A stretch of 64,000 nucleotides of DNA from NCBI GenBank assembly GCA_021846685.1, contig JAJZWL010000001.1, positions 71,484 through 135,483 on the forward strand. Direction: 5' to 3'. The notes under the pieces are model-generated. The model saw only the letters and a program-made list of their open reading frames with translations, did no database searches and had not been told where the DNA came from. The position numbers and the translations under genes are program-made. Every line of letters starts with the position of its first letter. The first letter of the stretch is position 1. Origin of the DNA: a bacterium. Lineage in GTDB: Bacteria > Patescibacteriota > Dojkabacteria > JAKAPS01 > JAJZLI01. This document shows, piece after piece, positions 40,534-48,362 of the stretch.

Positions 40534-40754
40534 ATTTTATCACCTCCTTATATATTTAATTGTAAAAGATCTAACGTTTGTGAATGAAAGTTTTAATTAA
40601 AAAACTCTCATTCACTTATTCTCATTTTACCTGTTGAAGTACATTTTTGAAAAACAAAATCAAAATTTATTAAATAATTCATTAACTATTATTAATAATG
40701 ATCAAGCAGATTCTTTTGAATTTGAATAATATTTAGATTTTTAATAATACAAAA

Positions 40755-40795
40755 AGTTCGAATATCGTCTACAGTCTCCCGATGGATGCGACAAC
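40755..40795 (+). repeat. Pseudo-tRNA-Ser 3'-end repeat (Y2) carrying the tRNA-Ser(GCT) downstream flank
   Basis: AGTTCGAATATCGTCTACAGTCTCCCGATGGATGCGACAAC; the last 15 nt are identical to the flank just 3' of the genuine tRNA-Ser(GCT) at 32927-32941. Confidence 0.65.
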
Positions 40796-40821
40796 ACTTG
40801 AGAAAGTGACTGAATATATTG

Positions 40822-40848
40822 TAGTTTCGAACTAAATAAGGTGTTCGA
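40822..40848 (+). repeat. Truncated hairpin-subtype pseudo-tRNA-Ser repeat (X4)
   Basis: AGTTTCGAACTAAATAAGGTGTTCGATG, related to X1-X3. Confidence 0.4.
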
Positions 40849-40958
40849 TGATAGAATTTTGAAGCCTTTATATGCCCTTATATGACAATAAATCTATATT
40901 ATAGGAGATTTTTGCTCGAACTCATACATATATTAAGATCGCCATTGACTATTTCACA

Positions 40959-41582
40959 ATGACCCCGTATAATGGGGGTATTATGAAACAGTTTAAAGAT
41001 GTAGAGAGATTAGAATACTTTGACCTAAAGACTTTAAAGAACTTTGTACCACTAGAGAGTAAATCCTTGTATAAACTGGTAAATAGGAGAGTAAAAGATC
41101 TGACTTTTATACAATTGAAAAAAGGATTATACACTACAAAAGCATTTATAGAAAATAATGATATGCTTTTATATAAAGAAAATATTGCAAATATTCTTAA
41201 AACTCCTTCATATATAAGCTTAGAGTATATGTTGTCAAAATACTCAATACTCACAGAAAGTGTATTCTCATTTACCTCTGTATCTACTAAGAAGACCAGA
41301 AGCTATATAAATACTTTAGGGACATATTCTTATAGAAATATCAAAGAAGATCTTTTTACAGGTTATGTAATAAGAAATAATATATATTATGCAACAAAGG
41401 CTAAATCGCTATTTGACTATATTTACTTTAAAAAAGAAGTATTAGAACTTGAGTCATTGAGATTAAACTTAGATGAATTTACTAAGTCAGATATAAAAGA
41501 ATTTAAAATATATTGCAAGAAATCTTCACGTATGCTTAAAATATATAATTTATTATTGAAATATAAAAAAAATGTTTATTGA
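40959..41582 (+). CDS. AbiEi-family antitoxin/regulator, copy 2
   Basis: 207 aa immediately upstream of and overlapping a DUF1814 toxin gene; same architecture as copy 1. Confidence 0.55.
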   Translation: MTPYNGGIMKQFKDVERLEYFDLKTLKNFVPLESKSLYKLVNRRVKDLTFIQLKKGLYTTKAFIENNDMLLYKENIANILKTPSYISLEYMLSKYSILTESVFSFTSVSTKKTRSYINTLGTYSYRNIKEDLFTGYVIRNNIYYATKAKSLFDYIYFKKEVLELESLRLNLDEFTKSDIKEFKIYCKKSSRMLKIYNLLLKYKKNVY

Positions 41583-42573
41583 AAAACTAAAACAAATAGT
41601 AAAGATGAAAAGTATAAAAAATCCGGAACTTCTAAGGGTTATTTTGAAGATGGAGCTTATTGAATATGTTTTACAGTATATTTATACGTCAAAATACCGT
41701 AATTTAATATTTAAAGGGGGAACATGTTTAAATATCTGTTATGATTTACCTAGACTTTCAGAAGATATAGATTTGGATTTTGTTAACGAGATAGATATAA
41801 GCTCATTAAGAGAAGATTTGATATCATATTTTAAAACTGAACTTGCATATGATAGGCTTTACGCCTCAGTAACAAATAATAATCAAACTATAACTTTAAA
41901 ATTTCCTGTTCTTAGGGATTTAGGTTTAGCAAATCAAAGCGAAAGTGATTTGTTATATATAAAACTTGATATACAAAAATCTCCATTCTTTAATATTACT
42001 ACTGACTTAGTTCCGAGAAAAAACTATGTAATTAAAGCTTATTCTCTTCCTCTGTTATTTACTGGGAAAGTAAATGCCATTTTTACTAGAAATAAGTTAG
42101 TTGGAAAAGAAAATAAATTTGTACCAAAAGGAAGAGATTATTTTGATTTACTTTGGTTTCTACAAAAAGGAATAAGACCAGATATTTCAATGCTTGAACA
42201 GGAACTGAATATATCTTCAAATATTGAATTTAAAGTTCGTTTAGATCAAAGAGTAATCGGTATGTTTACTAAATATAAGGATGAAATAATAAACGACCTA
42301 AAGCCATTTATTGAAAACACCGACATTCTTAATCAATTTGTAGAATCATTTTTACCATTATATTTAAAATATTCATTAGAGATTTTTGATTATAGAGTTC
42401 CTGATGAAGTATCAAGGCGAAATTATTTAATTGATGAGCTTAATTCTATTATAAAAGGGAAAAAGCTACAGGGCAAAGAAATTATGAAGGTTCTTAATGA
42501 TATGGATACTTATAAGAAAGGTTCTAACAATCTAGATATTCTAGGAATATACAATTATTTAATATCTTTATAG
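41572..42573 (+). CDS. AbiEii/AbiGii-family nucleotidyltransferase toxin, copy 2
   Basis: LIFKGGTCLNICYDLPRLSEDIDLDFV DUF1814 hallmark; 333 aa. Confidence 0.7.
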   Translation: MFIEKLKQIVKMKSIKNPELLRVILKMELIEYVLQYIYTSKYRNLIFKGGTCLNICYDLPRLSEDIDLDFVNEIDISSLREDLISYFKTELAYDRLYASVTNNNQTITLKFPVLRDLGLANQSESDLLYIKLDIQKSPFFNITTDLVPRKNYVIKAYSLPLLFTGKVNAIFTRNKLVGKENKFVPKGRDYFDLLWFLQKGIRPDISMLEQELNISSNIEFKVRLDQRVIGMFTKYKDEIINDLKPFIENTDILNQFVESFLPLYLKYSLEIFDYRVPDEVSRRNYLIDELNSIIKGKKLQGKEIMKVLNDMDTYKKGSNNLDILGIYNYLISL

Positions 42574-42656
42574 CTCCAGTAATAACTAATACTATTATTG
42601 GAATTTTATGGGTAATTATATTTAATAGATCTTTACTTGCATTATACATATATATT

Positions 42657-42845
42657 TCAGTAATTATTATTTGTCTGATCTTTTATATAATAAAGAATAT
42701 GAGTTTTACCAACTTGCCTTGCGCCATGCAAGACTATTATATTACTGTCATTGATATAACGCATTATATCCTCCACAATGTCTCTTTCTATTACCTTTGT
42801 ATTCATAGTCACGACAATATTGTAATACTCTAAAATTAGAGTCAA
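42657..42845 (-). pseudogene. N-terminal fragment of a P-loop ATPase (DUF4143/AAA-like)
   Basis: 62 aa ORF with IIVLHGARQVGKTHILYYI Walker A and nothing downstream; full-length relatives are about 400 aa. Confidence 0.5.
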
Positions 42846-42906
42846 TCTTGTTTTTAGAGTATTTTCTTAAGAGATTATTTATTATAGATTTTCATAAATT
42901 TTGCAA

Positions 42907-42949
42907 TCCAACACAAAAATAGTTCAAAATAAGGCATATCACCTCAGAT
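42907..42949 (+). repeat. Pseudo-tRNA-Ser 3'-end repeat, hairpin subtype (X3)
   Basis: CCAACACAAAAATAGTTCAAAATAAGGCATATCACCTCAGATT, the reverse complement of the X2 sequence with a few substitutions. Confidence 0.6.
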
Positions 42950-42962
42950 TTAATATGATGTA

Positions 42963-43955
42963 TTGAATTTTTATTATATAATTAAAGATATGGATTCAAT
43001 ATTATCTCCAATAAAAAAAGTTTTACCATTAATGACGAATGTTTTGATTGACGAAGAATCAATTTATAAATTTTCAATAAATATAGATAAATCATATCTT
43101 TTAAAATCTGAATATAATAAAGATACTTTGTTAGGCGAAAATTATGGAGAAGAAGAATATATAGCTTTTGTATTTGTATATAACAGTTTAAATTTTTCAT
43201 ACTGGGGATATCCTAAGTGGACTATAAATATACAAGGTAATAACTATGATGGAAGTGCAGCAATGATAAGAGCTATTAAGAGAGCAATCACAGAAGGACA
43301 TAATATATTAAATTCCAAATTCCTTATAAATTTAACAAAGAAACAATTAAGTGAAATATTTAGAGGAAATATAGAGATTCCCTTATTTAAAGAGAGATTA
43401 AAATTATTAAATATTCTTGGGGAATTGATAGAAAATAAATATCAAGGTTCATTTAAAAAATTTATTGATGAGGCAAAATGGGATGCAGAGTTGATAGTAG
43501 AAAAATTATCAAAAGAACTACCAGATATATTTAATGATACTAATATATATATAGGACAAAATATTAATTTTTATAAAAGAGCGCAATTAATACCAGCCCA
43601 TTTATATGATTTATATAATTTAAATATTATAAAATCTCCAATTTATAATATTGACAAATTAACAGCATTTGCTGATTATAAAGTTCCTCAATTAATGAGA
43701 AATTTAGGTATTATTAAATATTCATCTGATCTATCTTATAAAATTGATAATCTAATAGAGATACCAGCAGGGAGTAATGACGAGATAGAAATCAGAATAG
43801 CTACTATTTGGGCAATTGAATTGTGTACAAGGCAAATTAAAAAATATATTCCTCAAGTTACTTCAACACAAGTACATGGAGTTTTTTGGTTTTCAGGACA
43901 AAAATCTAATATTGAAATTAAGCCATATCATCGTACACGAACCATTTGGTATTAA
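42963..43955 (+). CDS. Queuosine-salvage-family protein (DUF2419/Qng1-like), tentative
   Basis: YNSLNFSYWGY and FADYKVPQLMRNLGII resemble conserved blocks of the Q_salvage family; 330 aa; start may be the internal Met at about 42990. Confidence 0.45.
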   Translation: MNFYYIIKDMDSILSPIKKVLPLMTNVLIDEESIYKFSINIDKSYLLKSEYNKDTLLGENYGEEEYIAFVFVYNSLNFSYWGYPKWTINIQGNNYDGSAAMIRAIKRAITEGHNILNSKFLINLTKKQLSEIFRGNIEIPLFKERLKLLNILGELIENKYQGSFKKFIDEAKWDAELIVEKLSKELPDIFNDTNIYIGQNINFYKRAQLIPAHLYDLYNLNIIKSPIYNIDKLTAFADYKVPQLMRNLGIIKYSSDLSYKIDNLIEIPAGSNDEIEIRIATIWAIELCTRQIKKYIPQVTSTQVHGVFWFSGQKSNIEIKPYHRTRTIWY

Positions 43956-43959
43956 TAAA

Positions 43960-43997
43960 AGTTCGATTCTCTCTCTCCGATGGATCCGACAACCCCA
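43960..43997 (+). repeat. Pseudo-tRNA-Ser 3'-end repeat (Y4), closest to the genuine tRNA-Ser(GCT) end
   Basis: AGTTCGATTCTCTCTCTCCGATGGATCCGACAACCCC versus genuine AGTTCGAATCTCTCTCTCTCCGATGGATGCGACAAC. Confidence 0.65.
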
Positions 43998-44166
43998 TTG
44001 CAAATGTCTATCAAATGTTGATACGTCGGGATGATTTATCAGTTATATTAATTGATAATAATTTTGGATTACAAAAATAATGAGATTAAAATGTTCCGGT
44101 ACTAATAGGTACTTGACAGTACTTCTGAGTGTAGTATAATATAAATTATAGTTTAGAAACATTCAT

Positions 44167-44427
44167 ATGGCTACAACAATACAGGTAAAATTAACATTAC
44201 CAAAAAAGATAAAGGATTATTATGATTCAAAAGCAGCAGAATTTGATATGCAAACTTCTACTTTCATAAAATATCTACTTATCAAGAATATTGAAGATGA
44301 GAGTATTCCAACATATCAAGCTTCTAAATATACAGAAAAATATATTACTAATGGGTTGCAAGAATATAAAACTGGAAAACTTAAAAAATTTACTAGTCAT
44401 AAAGATTTTATTAAAACGGTATCTTAA
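44167..44427 (+). CDS. Putative RHH-type antitoxin of a RelE/ParE pair
   Basis: 86 aa, 2-nt gap to the toxin gene; paralogous in architecture to 46933-47214. Confidence 0.45.
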   Translation: MATTIQVKLTLPKKIKDYYDSKAAEFDMQTSTFIKYLLIKNIEDESIPTYQASKYTEKYITNGLQEYKTGKLKKFTSHKDFIKTVS

Positions 44428-44429
44428 GG

Positions 44430-44702
44430 TTGATAATAAACTATTCATCAAAATTTACTAATCAGTATAAAGAGCTTATAAAAACTAATAAGAAACTTAC
44501 TCTCAAGGTTGATAAGAAGATAGGCTTTTTTATAAATAATCCTTATCATCCGTCATTAAGAACGCATAAAGTAAGTACAACTAAGGCGGGAGTAGCATTT
44601 TCATTTTGGGTGGCAGGAGATCTACGTATAATATTTACATGGGTAGGAAAAAATGAAGTACTATTTTTGCTAATAGGAAATCATAAAGAAGTTTATAAGT
44701 AG
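44430..44702 (+). CDS. RelE/ParE-superfamily type II toxin (YafQ/RelE-like)
   Basis: HPSLRTHKV...GDLRIIFTWVGKNEVLFLLIGNHKEVY; 90 aa; paralog of 47207-47482. Confidence 0.65.
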   Translation: MIINYSSKFTNQYKELIKTNKKLTLKVDKKIGFFINNPYHPSLRTHKVSTTKAGVAFSFWVAGDLRIIFTWVGKNEVLFLLIGNHKEVYK

Positions 44703-44785
44703 AAGTAATTTTTAAATTAAATATAAAATTTTTTATCTTTGGAATTTTGTTTAATCCTACAATCTTATATTGGGGGATATATTTA

Positions 44786-45844
44786 TTATTTTGTAGTTAA
44801 TCTATAGAGATTTCCAATCCGTTTAGCTCTTTCTCCTACTGCATGAGTATCTCCTGGGAGTATAATTCTTCTCACTCTAGATTGCATTCCTTGAGGAATG
44901 CTATTGTTTAAATCTTTAGAGGAGCTGATTGTACTTTTTGATCCATTTATGAAAATAACCCTCATATCAGGCTGACTTTCTAATGCTGATTTCAACATAT
45001 AGGGAACTATACGTCTTGACATTCCTGCAGGATAAGCAGTAAACATGCCTTTTCTTCTCATTGGTTTTAATACTAAATCTTTTCCTAATTTTGCATATGT
45101 TTTTACAGGATTTTTCTTATTATCAACACCACTAGCTTCTCTTTGTTTTTTGTCATGAGGGTCTTTTTCGTAAAAACTTAAGTTAGGGGCATCTGAAGCA
45201 AAAGCTTTCATTATTCCAATACTTGCTTTGGTTTTTTTTAATTTTTTTCTTTCAGTAAAATCTTTTACTCCTGGAATCTCAAGAGCAAATAAAGTTTTGA
45301 CTGTAAATCCAAAATCATCAGCTTGTTCTGCTAAACTTAAAGCTATAAGAGCTCCTTGAGAATAACCAGCCAAATCAATTTCACAAGTATTCCCAAGTAG
45401 AGGCTCTAATGCTCTATACATTGATTTAGATAATTGTGAAAAGGGATTATCATTTTCTCTTAAAGATTTTGCTTGTGTTCTAGTCATATCAGAAGACTCT
45501 CCTACAGAATGACTCTCCACTATTATAATGGGCTTAGATTCTGCTGCCATTTCTTGAGCTAGGTATAATATTGGTTTGTGTTCTATTCCTATATTATATT
45601 GTAATGTGAGTATTGTAGGGGTATCTCCTTTTTTTAATGCTTCCTCATTTAAGATAGCTACTCTTAATGTTTGTCTTGTTTCTGGGTCTTCAATTTCAGT
45701 ATAAGTAATAGGGGATTCAGATATATTTTTTGGATCTTTGCCATCAATTAAAAAAGAAGGAGCGTTATTGTTAAATTCCCTCAAATTCTGAGACGCAGAA
45801 TTGCTCCCAGTAGTATTTCCTTCTATAAATGTCTCTATTCCCAT
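44786..45844 (-). CDS. Alpha/beta-hydrolase-fold protein, paralog B
   Basis: LAGYSQGA nucleophile elbow, LPGDTHAVG; same motif set as the 29647-30693 product. Confidence 0.5.
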   Translation of the reverse strand: MGIETFIEGNTTGSNSASQNLREFNNNAPSFLIDGKDPKNISESPITYTEIEDPETRQTLRVAILNEEALKKGDTPTILTLQYNIGIEHKPILYLAQEMAAESKPIIIVESHSVGESSDMTRTQAKSLRENDNPFSQLSKSMYRALEPLLGNTCEIDLAGYSQGALIALSLAEQADDFGFTVKTLFALEIPGVKDFTERKKLKKTKASIGIMKAFASDAPNLSFYEKDPHDKKQREASGVDNKKNPVKTYAKLGKDLVLKPMRRKGMFTAYPAGMSRRIVPYMLKSALESQPDMRVIFINGSKSTISSSKDLNNSIPQGMQSRVRRIILPGDTHAVGERAKRIGNLYRLTTK

Positions 45845-45867
45845 AATATTTTTTAATATAAAAACAG

Positions 45868-45896
45868 ATTATATTCTAACCTATAATTTTTGTCAA
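45868..45896 (-). promoter_or_regulatory. Sigma70-like promoter TTGACA-17-TATAAT for hydrolase paralog B, conserved with the paralog A promoter
   Basis: Minus-strand GTCATTGACAAAAATTATAGGTTAGAATATAAT. Confidence 0.5.
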
Positions 45897-46009
45897 TGAC
45901 AACATTCTCGTCATATATATATGCTTATGTACTGCAATATTATTTACATGTTTGACATTTTCTATGGGGTGTAATAATATATTTATATTAATTTTAGTTT
46001 TATATATTT

Positions 46010-46600
46010 ATGGGGACAGAGACAGATTTAAACTTACGTTTTAATGGTGATATTGTAGCTGTTGGAATAACTGATCAAGGTATAAGATATGAAAAATCTG
46101 AAACTCAGGAAGTTCTTCCTAATGATGGATATGAAGTAACTACCAGTACTAAGTATTCTGATGGACATAGAAGTAAGGAGAGGTATGTTCATAGAAATGA
46201 TGAGCAAGGAAATCCTATTGAAAATATTGTGTCTGTAGAAGATAGTAATACTCAAGATGTTGTAACATTTTTTAAATTTGAAAGAACTTCTTTTATAGAT
46301 AATACGCGTATTACAACTGAAGTGATAAGAGATGATGAAGGGAACTTAAAGGAATATACCTATAGAGGTTTTGTTTCTGGAAGCAGAGTTTTAACATCAC
46401 ATCACATAGAATATGGAGATGATAATAAAAGATTAAGAGAAGTAATAGTGAAATCAAATAATCGTACTATAAGTACATTTAATGATAATGGTGAATTATT
46501 AAGGAGGGAAATTGTAAGGGTAAAAGGAAATCAAGAAATAACTGCGATTTATGGAAGTGATGGTAAAATCATAGAACATAAGAAAACTTTTTTAAGATAA
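46010..46600 (+). CDS. Hypothetical protein with degenerate beta-rich repeats
   Basis: 196 aa; recurring DG..(E/K)Y...G short repeats; no family; divergent from hydrolase B. Confidence 0.35.
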   Translation: MGTETDLNLRFNGDIVAVGITDQGIRYEKSETQEVLPNDGYEVTTSTKYSDGHRSKERYVHRNDEQGNPIENIVSVEDSNTQDVVTFFKFERTSFIDNTRITTEVIRDDEGNLKEYTYRGFVSGSRVLTSHHIEYGDDNKRLREVIVKSNNRTISTFNDNGELLRREIVRVKGNQEITAIYGSDGKIIEHKKTFLR

Positions 46601-46692
46601 AGTTTGGTTAATTTAAATTTGCATGTATTATAATCTCTATTTGGATGATATAATCATTTTTATAAATAATTTCTATTTATATGAAACTGTAA

Positions 46693-46779
46693 GGAGAGGT
46701 GGCCGAGTGGTTGATGGTAACAGTCTTGAAAACTGTCGGGGGTGAAAGCTCCTCGTGGGTTCGAATCCCACCCTCTCCG
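46693..46779 (+). tRNA. tRNA-Ser (anticodon UGA)
   Basis: GGAGAGGTGGCCGAGTGGTTGATGGTAACAGTCTTGAAAACTGTCGGGGGTGAAAGCTCCTCGTGGGTTCGAATCCCACCCTCTCCG; anticodon loop CTTGAAA, long variable arm. Confidence 0.85.
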
Positions 46780-46932
46780 AAGTAGATATATCTTAACTTG
46801 AAATTTCCACACTATATTCTTATATAATCTATTTATAAACGTATATAATTATTATCTATAGTAAAAAATATTCTTTAATTGACAAAAACTAACTAAAATG
46901 GTATTGTTTAGTATATACTTATCAATAATAAT

Positions 46933-47214
46933 ATGAGTGATACAAATTTAATACAAATAAAAGTAAATAAAGAATTTAGAGCAAAACTTGAAGATATTGC
47001 CTCTGAGTATGATTTACCTGTATCTTCTTTTATAAAGGTAGTAATAGGTGATTTTATAAGAAATAAAAGAACTAATATATTAACAGAGAATGGCTTCTCT
47101 AAAAAAGAAGAACAAAGAATATTGGATAGTATTAATATAACCAATAAAGATATAAAAAATAAAAAAGTAAATATAATCAATACTAAAGATTTCATATCTT
47201 CCTTGAATGATTAA
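46933..47214 (+). CDS. Putative antitoxin of a RelE/ParE pair, copy 2
   Basis: 93 aa; overlaps the toxin gene by 8 nt; PVSSFIKVVIGDFI parallels STFIKYLLIKNI of copy 1. Confidence 0.4.
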   Translation: MSDTNLIQIKVNKEFRAKLEDIASEYDLPVSSFIKVVIGDFIRNKRTNILTENGFSKKEEQRILDSINITNKDIKNKKVNIINTKDFISSLND

Positions 47215-47482
47215 AAGAGTGATCTATTCTAATAATTTCAAAAAATCCTATAGGAAAGTTATTCTGAAGAATAGAAAATTTAAAGACTCATTTGATAAGA
47301 AGTGGAATATATTTATTAATAATCCAGAATATCCAAGTTTAAAAAATCATGATTTAAAGGGAAATTTAAAAGGGTTAAAATCAATTTCTATAAAATATAA
47401 CATGAGATTAATATATAAAGAAGTATCTAAAGATATAATTATTGTATATGATATAGGGACACATGATGAAGTTTATAAATAA
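47207..47482 (+). CDS. RelE/ParE-superfamily type II toxin, copy 2
   Basis: NNPEYPSLKNHDLKG...MRLIYKEVSKDIIIVYDIGTHDEVYK; paralog of 44430-44702. Confidence 0.6.
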   Translation: MIKRVIYSNNFKKSYRKVILKNRKFKDSFDKKWNIFINNPEYPSLKNHDLKGNLKGLKSISIKYNMRLIYKEVSKDIIIVYDIGTHDEVYK

Positions 47483-47506
47483 ATTCTAAATTATATTTAT
47501 AATAAA

Positions 47507-47536
47507 AGTTTGAATAGCGTCTACGGTCTCCCGAAG
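47507..47536 (+). repeat. Pseudo-tRNA-Ser 3'-end repeat (Y3), direct relative to tRNA-Ser(TGA)
   Basis: AGTTTGAATAGCGTCTACGGTCTCCCGAAG, near-identical to the core of Y1 (reverse complement of 28217-28246). Confidence 0.6.
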
Positions 47537-47583
47537 TCACGCCACATCGCGTCTCATAGTAAGGAAGCACTCATAGATGGAGT

Positions 47584-47889
47584 ATGGCTTATCAAATCAA
47601 ACAGAACATTCAAGTATACAAGAAACAAGCGGATATTGAACATGCATTTGATATCATAAAGAATGTTCTTGATATACGCCCTGTATACCATCATAACGAT
47701 GACAGGGTAAATGGACATGTATTCGTATGTGTATTAGCATATGCAGTTGCAAGAATTCTTGAGATTAAATCAAAAGATACAATACATAATATTATTGAAA
47801 GATACAGAAACTCTATTATCCTATCAATCAACAACAAACCACACATAGTTGGAGAACAAACATTGTTAAACCAACTAAAACAGACATAG
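47584..47889 (+). pseudogene. C-terminal fragment of an IS4/IS1634-like DDE transposase
   Basis: IEHAFDIIKNVLDIRPVYHHNDDRVNGHVFVCVLAYAV matches the conserved C-terminal block (E...RPI.H......H.F...LAY) of IS4-superfamily transposases; only 101 aa. Confidence 0.55.
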
Positions 47890-47975
47890 TGGGGGCTAGA
47901 ATTTAAACAGAAATCACATTACAACAGCATTTATTCAATTTAACTGTCGAACCTGAGTTAGAAGACTCCAATCAT

Positions 47976-48190
47976 CAGAAGGCTTAGTGTTACCAAAAAG
48001 TATTGGAGGATCTCTTGTTCTCATAGGAATCCAATCAGCAGAGAAGATAGAATTAAGAAGAAATTATCCTAATATAAGGATTTTGTAGATAATCTGGAAG
48101 TTCAAATAATGTGCACAATCTCTTCGAATTTGAGTTTTAATATATTGAAAATTAGAACTTCTAAATCTTTAAATAGTACAAGTATAAAAT
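47976..48190 (+). repeat. About 215-bp repeat, copy A (direct repeat of 49684-49906)
   Basis: About 85% identity over GTTAGTGTT(A/G)CCA(A/G)AAAGTATTGGA...AATATAAGGATTTT...AGTACAAGTATAAAAT. Confidence 0.7.
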
Positions 48191-48362
48191 CCTTATTTTG
48201 TTGTTAAACTAACAAGATTATAATTAGTGGAAGGTTTGTTTTTATGATAACATAAAGGTGAATATGAGAGGTATATATTTATCACAAGGCATTTTTTAGC
48301 TCCCTCGAAGATCTCAGGGAATTAAGTATACACCTTATTATTATAGTGATATAATTTAGAAA

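Larger units (their letters stand above)
39306..40624 (-). mobile_element. IS3-family insertion sequence (about 1.32 kb) with orfA, orfB and an A6G frameshift site
   Basis: Imperfect terminal inverted repeats starting TGAGAAT at each end. OrfA is HTH plus leucine zipper. OrfB is an rve DDE integrase core in the -1 frame relative to orfA. Confidence 0.7.

Noticed and set aside
40755-40795. Full tRNA gene at the Y2 or Y4 repeats
   Set aside because: Only the last 25-30 nt resemble a tRNA; no D-arm or anticodon arm can be folded upstream, so these are partial att-like copies, not genes
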